From: a virus
Length of the DNA: 64,000 bases
IMG/VR virus record: IMGVR_UViG_3300011261_000157
Coordinates: 4,589-68,588 of that record
Strand: one strand, 5' to 3'
The translations under genes were made by a program, and so were the position numbers. The first letter of the stretch is position 1. The number at the start of each line of letters is the position of its first letter. This document shows positions 28,502-36,313 of this stretch, one piece after another. The notes beneath the pieces were generated by a model, which worked only from the letters and a program-made list of their open reading frames with translations, had not been told where the DNA came from and made no database searches.

Positions 28502-28644
28502 TAAGAGTCACCCAATCTAACTACAGTAGCGCCTGTCGATTGAACTATTTCAACCTACCTGTAAATTTAGTCTTGACAAAACAATCTAATAAGTGTAATG
28601 TTAGAACTGTGATTAATAACTGTTATAGTTTAGCTGTATTCTAG
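28492..28644 (+). CDS. xVF-terminal microprotein (MFLIRVTQ...YSLAVF)
   Basis: Hand-translated, 50 aa. Confidence 0.6.
   Translation: MFLIRVTQSNYSSACRLNYFNLPVNLVLTKQSNKCNVRTVINNCYSLAVF
28573..28601 (+). promoter_or_regulatory. sigma70-type promoter within array
   Basis: TTGACA-17nt-TAATGT. Confidence 0.5.
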
Positions 28645-28651
28645 GATTCGT

Positions 28652-28810
28652 ATGTTTACTGATAGAATAGACATTGATAAGATATACGTTCAGTACTTTA
28701 GCAAAATCGATATATACGGAGACTGGACACTTACAGACAGTCTGGAGATGGTTCGCACTTCTGACAGCGTAGAAAGTGACTTCGAAGGATTTACATTGGC
28801 GGTGTTTTGA
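28652..28810 (+). CDS. xVF-terminal microprotein (MFTDRIDI...FTLAVF)
   Basis: Hand-translated, 52 aa. Confidence 0.7.
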   Translation: MFTDRIDIDKIYVQYFSKIDIYGDWTLTDSLEMVRTSDSVESDFEGFTLAVF

Positions 28811-28989
28811 TAGATCTAACAACTTACTATATTGATATGTACGATTACTCCAATGCATCTTATTATGATGAAGTTTGTGATGTACCCTTCCTAGGTAGAG
28901 CTGGCGCAGCCATAGACTCACTGTGGAGAGAAGGAAACTACATAGAAATTAATTGGGACAGTGAGATTTACTTAGTGGCGGTGTTTTAA
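28807..28989 (+). CDS. xVF-terminal microprotein (...YLVAVF)
   Basis: ORF track. Confidence 0.7.
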   Translation: MIDLTTYYIDMYDYSNASYYDEVCDVPFLGRAGAAIDSLWREGNYIEINWDSEIYLVAVF

Positions 28990-29145
28990 ATGAACTACTC
29001 TAGAGGCCTGACTGTCCAATTCGATATGGGGGTAGTAAAATACGGTGGAGTGGCCGGTACAGTACCGTGGGTATATTCGAGGCCTTTGACTAACACATTT
29101 ATAATAAGAAGCTTTAGATACCACTTAGCCTTGCAGGTATTTTAG
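28990..29145 (+). CDS. xVF-terminal microprotein (MNYSRGLT...LALQVF)
   Basis: Hand-translated, 51 aa. Confidence 0.7.
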   Translation: MNYSRGLTVQFDMGVVKYGGVAGTVPWVYSRPLTNTFIIRSFRYHLALQVF

Positions 29146-29311
29146 ATGGACCGCAATAGAGGTATGGCCGTTAGCGTTAGAATGGCGGGGTTAGGGGTAA
29201 GGTATGATCGTTTTGCTGGTTTTACACCGTGGGTTTATTTGAGGTCCCGAGGTACATCCTTTGCAATAACCAGCTATGAACACGACTTAGCCTTGCAGGT
29301 ATTTTAGATGG
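29123..29311 (+). repeat. 27-bp exact direct repeat at ends of two adjacent xVF ORFs
   Basis: ACTTAGCCTTGCAGGTATTTTAGATGG at 29123-29149 and 29285-29311. Confidence 0.9.
29146..29307 (+). CDS. xVF-terminal microprotein (MDRNRGMA...LALQVF)
   Basis: Hand-translated, 53 aa; paralog of previous ORF. Confidence 0.7.
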   Translation: MDRNRGMAVSVRMAGLGVRYDRFAGFTPWVYLRSRGTSFAITSYEHDLALQVF

Positions 29312-29493
29312 CATTATCTAAGTACTTTGACAGTTACTACGTAGATGCGTTCGACTACATCGATACAGTTCACTATGAAAATGTGTGGCATGATGGACCT
29401 TGGAACTCCTTTAAACTAGAAATAAAGGAGTATGGTGAGTCCGCACTAAACAGTAAGTTTGAAGCACTAATATACAAAGTAGCCGTATTTTAA
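29308..29493 (+). CDS. xVF-terminal microprotein (...YKVAVF)
   Basis: ORF track. Confidence 0.7.
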   Translation: MALSKYFDSYYVDAFDYIDTVHYENVWHDGPWNSFKLEIKEYGESALNSKFEALIYKVAVF

Positions 29494-29504
29494 TTAGGAT
29501 TGTA

Positions 29505-30245
29505 ATGGAATATATAAAAGGTAAAGACGGATTGAAACTCTTAGGTATGGGCCAAGCTCGTGTCTTAGAAGTAAGTTCGGATACCCAAGACAATCACCAA
29601 GTGAGAATCAATCATCCAGATATCGGGGACACACCTTTTATACCTTACGTTCAGACAGCCGGCGTGTACAAAGTGCCAGCCATTAATGACATAGTGTACG
29701 TGTTCTGTAAAGAGGGATTCCACAGTTACCCTATGGCTTGGGGAACTAAGTTACACAGCTCAGCCGTCCAAGCCTTACTAGGTACTAGAGACAATAAAGC
29801 AACCATCATATATAGCACAGGCGCAGACCACAAGACCGTATCACACACGATCATATTAGATGACGGTGAGGATCGAGGAATCAGAGTTAAGACCGCAGGT
29901 GGCAACCTAGTAGACATAAAGAACGATCAATCCATAACGGTCACTCAAGTTAACGGAGCTAAAGCTACTCTAGACCAAGCAGGTATCAAACTTGAAAAAG
30001 GCGCTTCCAACATAACAATGACAGCGACCTCAGTAGACATTAATTCCGAAAACATAACCTTGAACGGTAAAGTGATTACAGTTCAAACAGAAGAAGGGTC
30101 AGTCATAAAAGTAGATAAGACGGTGAATGTAAAAGCTTCAGATGATCTAACTACGATTGATAAAGTAGTAATTAGCACCCATGACCAAGCTGTCGGTAAC
30201 TTAGGCTTCCCTACTTCAGGTGGACCTACTAAGACGGGGACTTAA
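29505..30245 (+). CDS. baseplate central spike (gpV/gp5-like)
   Basis: OB-fold-like N-terminus (VPAINDIVYVFCKEG..YP) and beta-repeat C-terminus ending TH..GNLGFPTSGG. Confidence 0.8.
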   Translation: MEYIKGKDGLKLLGMGQARVLEVSSDTQDNHQVRINHPDIGDTPFIPYVQTAGVYKVPAINDIVYVFCKEGFHSYPMAWGTKLHSSAVQALLGTRDNKATIIYSTGADHKTVSHTIILDDGEDRGIRVKTAGGNLVDIKNDQSITVTQVNGAKATLDQAGIKLEKGASNITMTATSVDINSENITLNGKVITVQTEEGSVIKVDKTVNVKASDDLTTIDKVVISTHDQAVGNLGFPTSGGPTKTGT

Positions 30246-30433
30246 TGGGAGACCTTCTAATGTCCAGTTACTTACTAAACGTAGATTCAGATGTCCGAGA
30301 GAGAATAGCATACACCTCCGGCAATATAGTGTGGAACCTAATGGACACCTATGAGGAAGTTTGGTCTGTGACTCATCTTAGCGAGGTCAGTACAACTTAT
30401 GATGCCCCGTATCTTAGATTAACCGTATTTTAA
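30245..30433 (+). CDS. xVF-terminal microprotein (...LRLTVF)
   Basis: ORF track. Confidence 0.7.
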   Translation: MGDLLMSSYLLNVDSDVRERIAYTSGNIVWNLMDTYEEVWSVTHLSEVSTTYDAPYLRLTVF

Positions 30434-30442
30434 GGAATAAAC

Positions 30443-30709
30443 ATGGCAGCAGACCCTAATAAATTAACTCAATACATATCTCAAGAACTAGTGAACACCT
30501 TTAAGCTAGGGTCTTCTAATGAATCCATTGAGAAGTTCGCAGCAGCTCTATCAAGATCTGTAGTTAAGTTCTTAAAGGAAGATGTAGAGGTCAAGGCAGG
30601 TCAACAGATAGTTGGCCAAGGCACAGGCGAGGTTGATGTGGGAGGTAGTCCTGAAACAGTCAACACTGAAGTATCAGGTAAGACCACTACCAAGGGCAAG
30701 TTATTGTGA
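30443..30709 (+). CDS. small baseplate-associated protein
   Basis: ORF track; between spike and gp25. Confidence 0.6.
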   Translation: MAADPNKLTQYISQELVNTFKLGSSNESIEKFAAALSRSVVKFLKEDVEVKAGQQIVGQGTGEVDVGGSPETVNTEVSGKTTTKGKLL

Positions 30710-30855
30710 TGCGCATTGAGAGGCATGAGGTATCTGTATGGGGAGGTGTCGTTATGTATTCTGGTATCTTCAACGTATCCCCTGTATTATTGATGGACCT
30801 CACTGGCTACTGCTTACGGAGCGCTAAATCACATTACCATATAACCGTATTCTAA
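30709..30855 (+). CDS. xVF-terminal microprotein (MRIERHEV...YHITVF)
   Basis: Hand-translated, 48 aa. Confidence 0.7.
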   Translation: MRIERHEVSVWGGVVMYSGIFNVSPVLLMDLTGYCLRSAKSHYHITVF

Positions 30856-30867
30856 AGGTATATCCAT

Positions 30868-31248
30868 ATGACTACTAAACGAGACTGGCTGGGTCGGGAC
30901 ACCAAATTCCCCATATCCGGAGCATTCAAACCCCAAGAAGGCGTGTCAGAAGTGAATCAGTGTATTCAACTTCTAATAGCTACAGTAATCGGTGAGCGAG
31001 TAGGTCGCCCTGAGTACGGATGTCGCCTTTACACTCGCGTTTGGGATAACATAGATCAAGTAGCGAGTCAAGGTCTAAAAGACATCCAAGAAGCTATCGA
31101 GAACTTCGAGCCGAGAGTAGACTTAGTATCAGTTAACAGCCGTATATTCAGAGATGAAGGTCGAGTCCTATTTGCAATTGAATACGTGATTAAAGATGAG
31201 AACACGGTAGAGAACTTAGTGTTCCCGTTCAACGGGAGTATAGGCTAG
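30868..31248 (+). CDS. baseplate wedge gp25/gpW-like protein
   Basis: T..GERVGRPEYGC, AIENFEPRV, NLVFPF. Confidence 0.9.
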   Translation: MTTKRDWLGRDTKFPISGAFKPQEGVSEVNQCIQLLIATVIGERVGRPEYGCRLYTRVWDNIDQVASQGLKDIQEAIENFEPRVDLVSVNSRIFRDEGRVLFAIEYVIKDENTVENLVFPFNGSIG

Positions 31249-31437
31249 GTGGCTATTTTACTGTGGAAGCTAAGTTTCATAAACCCTACAAACCAATACA
31301 TAGGGTACGAGGTAGCTACTGTTTATAATGTCAAAGCTAGGACAGAGCAGTACATCATAGATTTAGACTCAGATAGATATCACCCAGTTACTGAATTAGA
31401 CAATAGAGAATGGTATTATAGATTGGCGGTGTTTTAG
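31249..31437 (+). CDS. xVF-terminal microprotein (...YRLAVF)
   Basis: ORF track. Confidence 0.7.
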   Translation: MAILLWKLSFINPTNQYIGYEVATVYNVKARTEQYIIDLDSDRYHPVTELDNREWYYRLAVF

Positions 31438-31692
31438 ATGGGTACTAAATACATAGTAGAGTGGTGGTTGAAATCCCGTAAGGTCGAGTACTTCAAGTAT
31501 CCTTCCAAGGTTGATCTTAACCGTAAGATGTACTACACATTAGTGCACGTGACTCACGGGTTCCCTCCGGTAATAGCCATGGTAGGTAACGGGGCTACAC
31601 CCTCCCCTACTTACGTCATGCCAGAGTTACAGACTAAAATAGGGAGCTTTTGTTTCCCGTCATTACATAATTTGAATATAGTAGTATTTTAA
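31438..31692 (+). CDS. xVF-terminal microprotein (...LNIVVF)
   Basis: ORF track. Confidence 0.7.
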   Translation: MGTKYIVEWWLKSRKVEYFKYPSKVDLNRKMYYTLVHVTHGFPPVIAMVGNGATPSPTYVMPELQTKIGSFCFPSLHNLNIVVF

Positions 31693-31704
31693 TAGAGGTA
31701 AATA

Positions 31705-34700
31705 ATGGCTAATATAGCAATCGACACGACTGGTAAGGATCTCAACTCAATAGTTGACAGCCTCATAGATTTCGCCACTATTAAGTATGGCGCTCAGGCT
31801 TCTAGTAACCGTGTGTGGTCTGATTTCAATATCAGCTCATTCTCACGCAACTGGGCCGAGCTAGTAGCTTACGTAGGGGATCAGTTGATGTTCTACATGG
31901 ACACTCAAGCGAACCAAGCCTACCTAAGATCAGCCACAATCCCGTCATTTGTGATTGACATTGCTAATCAACTAGGCTATGAAGTGCCTACTCAAAAGTC
32001 AGCGTCAGGTAAAGTCCAACTTACATTCAGCGGACCAGCTTCAGTAGACGCTTTCTACCGAGTATTCGCAGGCGATGTACAGTTCATCACGACTAGAGCC
32101 GTAGTAGCTAACCAAGCTGAAGTGGTAGAAGTAGATGCTATCCAAGGCGCGAGGTTCACCGAATCATTTACGGCAGACGGCATTCAGAATGAAAGCCTAA
32201 CCCTCCAAGAAACAGACATCATTGTAGATTTAGATAATCCTAACCCAGAGTTAAGATCTCCAATTGTAGTAGTTAATGGAACTACGTACAACGTAGTGAC
32301 CACCCAAGTAGACTCAGCGCCTAACAGCACTGACGTAGTTCGCAAAGAGCTGCCAGACGGTAGGACTAAGTTGATCTTCGGAGATGGTATCTTCGCTCGC
32401 AGATTAGTCGAGAATGAATCTATCAATATCACATACAGAACGCAGGGCGGGTCTCAAGGTAACGTAGAAGCGGGTGAAATCACCACGCTAAGTAGTGCCG
32501 TGACCAACCTAGCTTCAGTAAACAACTCAACATCATTTAGCGGCGGTGTAGATCGCCTAACATTACAGCAGATCAAAGATAGAGTCCCACTCAGCCTTAA
32601 AACTGTAGCAGGGGCAGTGAGTCTAACTGACTTCGCCGACATCTTGATTGCTAATTTCCCTCAAGTATTGACGGCCAAAGCCGATCTCAACCTAGTAGAT
32701 ACTGGGATTGATATCAACGTGTACGTACTACCTAACGCGGAATCAGTAAGTAATGTATCTGATAATAACCTACTTCTTAACACTCTCACTGATTTCATTG
32801 AACGTAAGAAAGTCGTAGGCACTCAATTCCTAATTAAAGACGCAGAGCCTATTCAGCTTAAGTTGGACATCGAAGCTTACCTAGAAGCTGACGCATCTAG
32901 ATCAGCCGTAGAGTCTGATATCCGCAGTAAGATCGAAGCCATGTTCAATGTTAGAACGGGCGGAGTAGACGGCGCAGGTATCAAGTTCCAACAAGTAGTC
33001 AAAGTCAGTGACCTATTTGACCTACTACGTGAGGTTAATGGCCTTGCTAGATTTGAAATCAATAAGCATACAGTAATCCCTAGAGTAGAGCAAACGGTTG
33101 CGAGCGTTAACCAAGACTTCTACGTATCTAGAGTAGATGTGTATGGAACCTCAGGTAAGAATGAGTGGCTAGTAGCTACCTCAGAGTTATCCAACCCTGA
33201 ACCAGCTAATGGCCAAGTAGGCTATAAAGTATTTAAGAGAACACTAGGTGAAGTTACAAGCTTGACCGAAGACTCAATCACTGATAGCAATCTAGACTTG
33301 ACAGTTCTTGAAGGTAATGCAGTAGTCACAGGAGGGTCAACTCTAAGTGATCTACAGAACGTATTCACTCCAGCCCAGTTCGATGATTTTCTACTAGTTG
33401 ATTCTAGTAATAACATCTGGAGAATTGAGCAGACCAAATCAAGCTCACTCAAGCTATCATCACCCTCCCTAACTAACGCCGCGGTAGTAGCAGCCTCTAA
33501 TGGCCCTTATCGTATCGTACAGTCATTTTCAGGCAAGGTGATCGGCGTAGGTGAATCCTCGTTCACGATCCTATATAACAATCGAAACACTTTCTTCTCT
33601 CAAGGTGCAAGCTTCAACTTGATCACTACCTTAAGAAGTAAGTTCATCCTAAGTGAAGAGCAGACCAATACTGGGACTTACGGAGTACCCGTTAGCATTG
33701 CTAATGTAACTCCATCAGGTTCATCAGTAGGTGACTTAGTTAGCGTAGGCTTTAACGGCAACCCTAACCTTAGTGACGTAGATACTGACTTCGTATTGGT
33801 GGACTCAGCGGGCGAAGTATTTGAGATTGATACTGTATCAGACAACGACAGCTCTATTGCTACTTATAATAACGTAGCTTTGATAGATGATTCGATTACC
33901 TTAGTTGACTCAGGTAACGATGAGGCCGTGTCTGTGAAGTTCACTCCAAGTAAGCAAGTAGACGCTAGCTTCGTACAGGTGAGTGTTAGCTTAGAGAAGA
34001 CGAATGCCCCTTCAGGATTCATCTTCGCAGAGATCAGAGAGGACAATGCAGGGGTGCCAGGCGCACTTATAGCAACGTCAGCTCAGTATCCAGTCAGCTC
34101 AATCATCATAGGCTCCCAAAACTTAGTTAACATGATATTCTCAGCTTCTATGCAACTTGATGTGGGGACTGAGTATCATTTAGTAGTAGCAAGCGACACT
34201 GCTTACAAAACCAGCTACTTCAATGGAGCGGGCTCGGTTAAAGTAGGTATTGACACTTCAACTTTAGATTATAGACCGTCCACTACGGCGGCTGGATTCG
34301 TAAGGCTTGAATCTACAGCTTTAGATATCCTTAGCCAAGCTACAGGTACTATCGAAGTGACAGATAACTTCATTAGAAGCAGCAAGCAAGCTACAGCACT
34401 AATCACTTTACTTAACAACGCAGACTTCTCGACAGGTACTAACCGTATCACAATCGCAGGTCAACCGTTCACAGCGGTCGTAGGGGCTCCAGCGCCTTCA
34501 GGTGAGTTCCAGATCGGAGCTAGCTTAACCGACACTAGAGATAACCTCAGAACCGCAATCAATACTCAAATGGTAGGTGTAGTAGCAGCTACAGATGTGG
34601 GAGCTGATTCATTCACTCTTACGGCTGACGCAACTAACTACAAAGGCGAGCTAGGTAATGATATTACTTTAGAGTTCGTAGATCAAGGTGTTCAGAACTT

Positions 34701-35973
34701 CTCGTTCGGAGGCCTAGACAGCTTAGTAGGCGGTATTGACGGTGACAGCATTTCTGTTGTAGCTCCTCAGTACTTAAACTCAGTTAGTTACACTTACGAT
34801 TCAAGTACGGGAGTAGTTCAATTCAGCTCAGCCGTAAGTTTACCTTCTTTCCAAGCGGGTGACTTATTCAGAGACGGAGCAGGGACTGAACATGAAATCC
34901 TAGCTATCGACGATGGCACGGATAGTCTAACTCTTCAACCTTCCCTCACAGTTAGCACAGCTTTAGGCGATGGCCTTAGCGGGTCGATTTACCGTCAGTT
35001 CACTTACGTGTTCGGAGACGACGTTGCAGTGGGAGCTACAGCTACGATTACAGCTACTAACTTAGCAGCCGTGATTGATACTCAGCCTTACGTTTCAGCG
35101 TCTTCATCAGTGGCCGAGGTAGAACTTACCTCAGACCTGAATGGATCTTTAGGTAATACTATCAGAATGTCAACTAGTGATATCGGTCAAGAGAACTTCA
35201 CACTTAGCGGAGATACATTGACCGGTGGATTAGACGGAGACATCCTAGGTATCAACGGAGTTAACTTCGTACCTACCCTATCAGCCCCTTCGGCGGATGA
35301 AGAGTTCCAAGTAGATATCGGAAGTTTGAATAACACACTAGCTAACTTAGAGTCTAGAATCAACGCACACCCATCTTTAGTCGGGACATTGATTGCCTCG
35401 GTTAACGTAGGGTCTCAGCAAGTTCAAATTGCAGCAGACAGTGCAGGTTCAGCAGGTAATGCTATTACACTAGAATTAGTAGAAGATAGTTCAGGTCAGA
35501 TTACGATTAGTGGAGCTACTCTAGAAGGCGGCTCAGATAACGTATCAGTACAGTCTTACAACGGATCTACATGGTCTGTAAGGGCTCCTGAGTCCGATTT
35601 AATCTTCCACATCGCACTAGCTTCAGACACGCTCACAGTGGTATCTAAAGCTGACTCAGCCGGTAACCAAGTAATCCCTACTTTAAGTGTAGGTGGTGTA
35701 TTTGATGCAGGTCTAGGTCAGAGGTACTACAGCGACAACTCAGAAGTATCATTCACGATCATCACTAGAAGCCCTAACAGTTTGATTATTGGTGGGGAAC
35801 AAGTTGATATGTTTGGTAGAGGTGTCTCAGGAGGAGCAGCGGGCGTTAGAGTAGATCAGTTCGTATTTAGAACCTCTAGTCTAGAAGATGATATCACTAA
35901 CCTAAGACCTAACGAGATACCTGTGATTCAATCTAGTAATCTCAAGACGAATCTACTAGGTGGGGTAAGCTAA
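31705..35973 (+). CDS. baseplate wedge protein (T4 gp6/gpJ-like) with long C-terminal extension
   Basis: WSDFN, ELVAYVGD.L.FY.D.QAN, LGY, FGDG, GG..GN, GG.D, AVS..D motifs. Confidence 0.85.
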   Translation: MANIAIDTTGKDLNSIVDSLIDFATIKYGAQASSNRVWSDFNISSFSRNWAELVAYVGDQLMFYMDTQANQAYLRSATIPSFVIDIANQLGYEVPTQKSASGKVQLTFSGPASVDAFYRVFAGDVQFITTRAVVANQAEVVEVDAIQGARFTESFTADGIQNESLTLQETDIIVDLDNPNPELRSPIVVVNGTTYNVVTTQVDSAPNSTDVVRKELPDGRTKLIFGDGIFARRLVENESINITYRTQGGSQGNVEAGEITTLSSAVTNLASVNNSTSFSGGVDRLTLQQIKDRVPLSLKTVAGAVSLTDFADILIANFPQVLTAKADLNLVDTGIDINVYVLPNAESVSNVSDNNLLLNTLTDFIERKKVVGTQFLIKDAEPIQLKLDIEAYLEADASRSAVESDIRSKIEAMFNVRTGGVDGAGIKFQQVVKVSDLFDLLREVNGLARFEINKHTVIPRVEQTVASVNQDFYVSRVDVYGTSGKNEWLVATSELSNPEPANGQVGYKVFKRTLGEVTSLTEDSITDSNLDLTVLEGNAVVTGGSTLSDLQNVFTPAQFDDFLLVDSSNNIWRIEQTKSSSLKLSSPSLTNAAVVAASNGPYRIVQSFSGKVIGVGESSFTILYNNRNTFFSQGASFNLITTLRSKFILSEEQTNTGTYGVPVSIANVTPSGSSVGDLVSVGFNGNPNLSDVDTDFVLVDSAGEVFEIDTVSDNDSSIATYNNVALIDDSITLVDSGNDEAVSVKFTPSKQVDASFVQVSVSLEKTNAPSGFIFAEIREDNAGVPGALIATSAQYPVSSIIIGSQNLVNMIFSASMQLDVGTEYHLVVASDTAYKTSYFNGAGSVKVGIDTSTLDYRPSTTAAGFVRLESTALDILSQATGTIEVTDNFIRSSKQATALITLLNNADFSTGTNRITIAGQPFTAVVGAPAPSGEFQIGASLTDTRDNLRTAINTQMVGVVAATDVGADSFTLTADATNYKGELGNDITLEFVDQGVQNFSFGGLDSLVGGIDGDSISVVAPQYLNSVSYTYDSSTGVVQFSSAVSLPSFQAGDLFRDGAGTEHEILAIDDGTDSLTLQPSLTVSTALGDGLSGSIYRQFTYVFGDDVAVGATATITATNLAAVIDTQPYVSASSSVAEVELTSDLNGSLGNTIRMSTSDIGQENFTLSGDTLTGGLDGDILGINGVNFVPTLSAPSADEEFQVDIGSLNNTLANLESRINAHPSLVGTLIASVNVGSQQVQIAADSAGSAGNAITLELVEDSSGQITISGATLEGGSDNVSVQSYNGSTWSVRAPESDLIFHIALASDTLTVVSKADSAGNQVIPTLSVGGVFDAGLGQRYYSDNSEVSFTIITRSPNSLIIGGEQVDMFGRGVSGGAAGVRVDQFVFRTSSLEDDITNLRPNEIPVIQSSNLKTNLLGGVS

Positions 35974-36132
35974 ATGAACACTTACGAAGGGTCCTACGTA
36001 CATACCGTGGAGATGGGCCCTCACTACTCGTATTACTTTGACTGGTACGGTGACTACTCCCCTATTATATGCTTTGTTGATAAACGCGGCATTACCTCCA
36101 TACTACCTGAGTATCGACTGGCGGTGTTTTAG
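35974..36132 (+). CDS. xVF-terminal microprotein (MNTYEGSY...YRLAVF)
   Basis: Hand-translated, 52 aa. Confidence 0.7.
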   Translation: MNTYEGSYVHTVEMGPHYSYYFDWYGDYSPIICFVDKRGITSILPEYRLAVF

Positions 36133-36300
36133 ATGGATGTTACAAGTTTTGTGGGGATGTTCAGCTTCTCTAAAGTTGCATATTTAGATGGATATGACTA
36201 CGTAAGGTCTAGCTACTTAAATCGAACAGTGCCGTGGGATATGTTGTTTCTTGAATTTTGTGCATCTAGTTCAGGTACTTATCACTTAGTAGTATTTTAA
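36133..36300 (+). CDS. xVF-terminal microprotein (MDVTSFVG...YHLVVF)
   Basis: Hand-translated, 55 aa. Confidence 0.7.
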   Translation: MDVTSFVGMFSFSKVAYLDGYDYVRSSYLNRTVPWDMLFLEFCASSSGTYHLVVF

Positions 36301-36313
36301 TAAAAGGACAGAA

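Noticed and set aside
28319-29493. Integron gene cassettes with attC sites
   Set aside because: ORFs abut or overlap with no room for palindromic attC elements, there is no consistent GTTRRRY/RYYYAAC pairing, and no integrase is in the window
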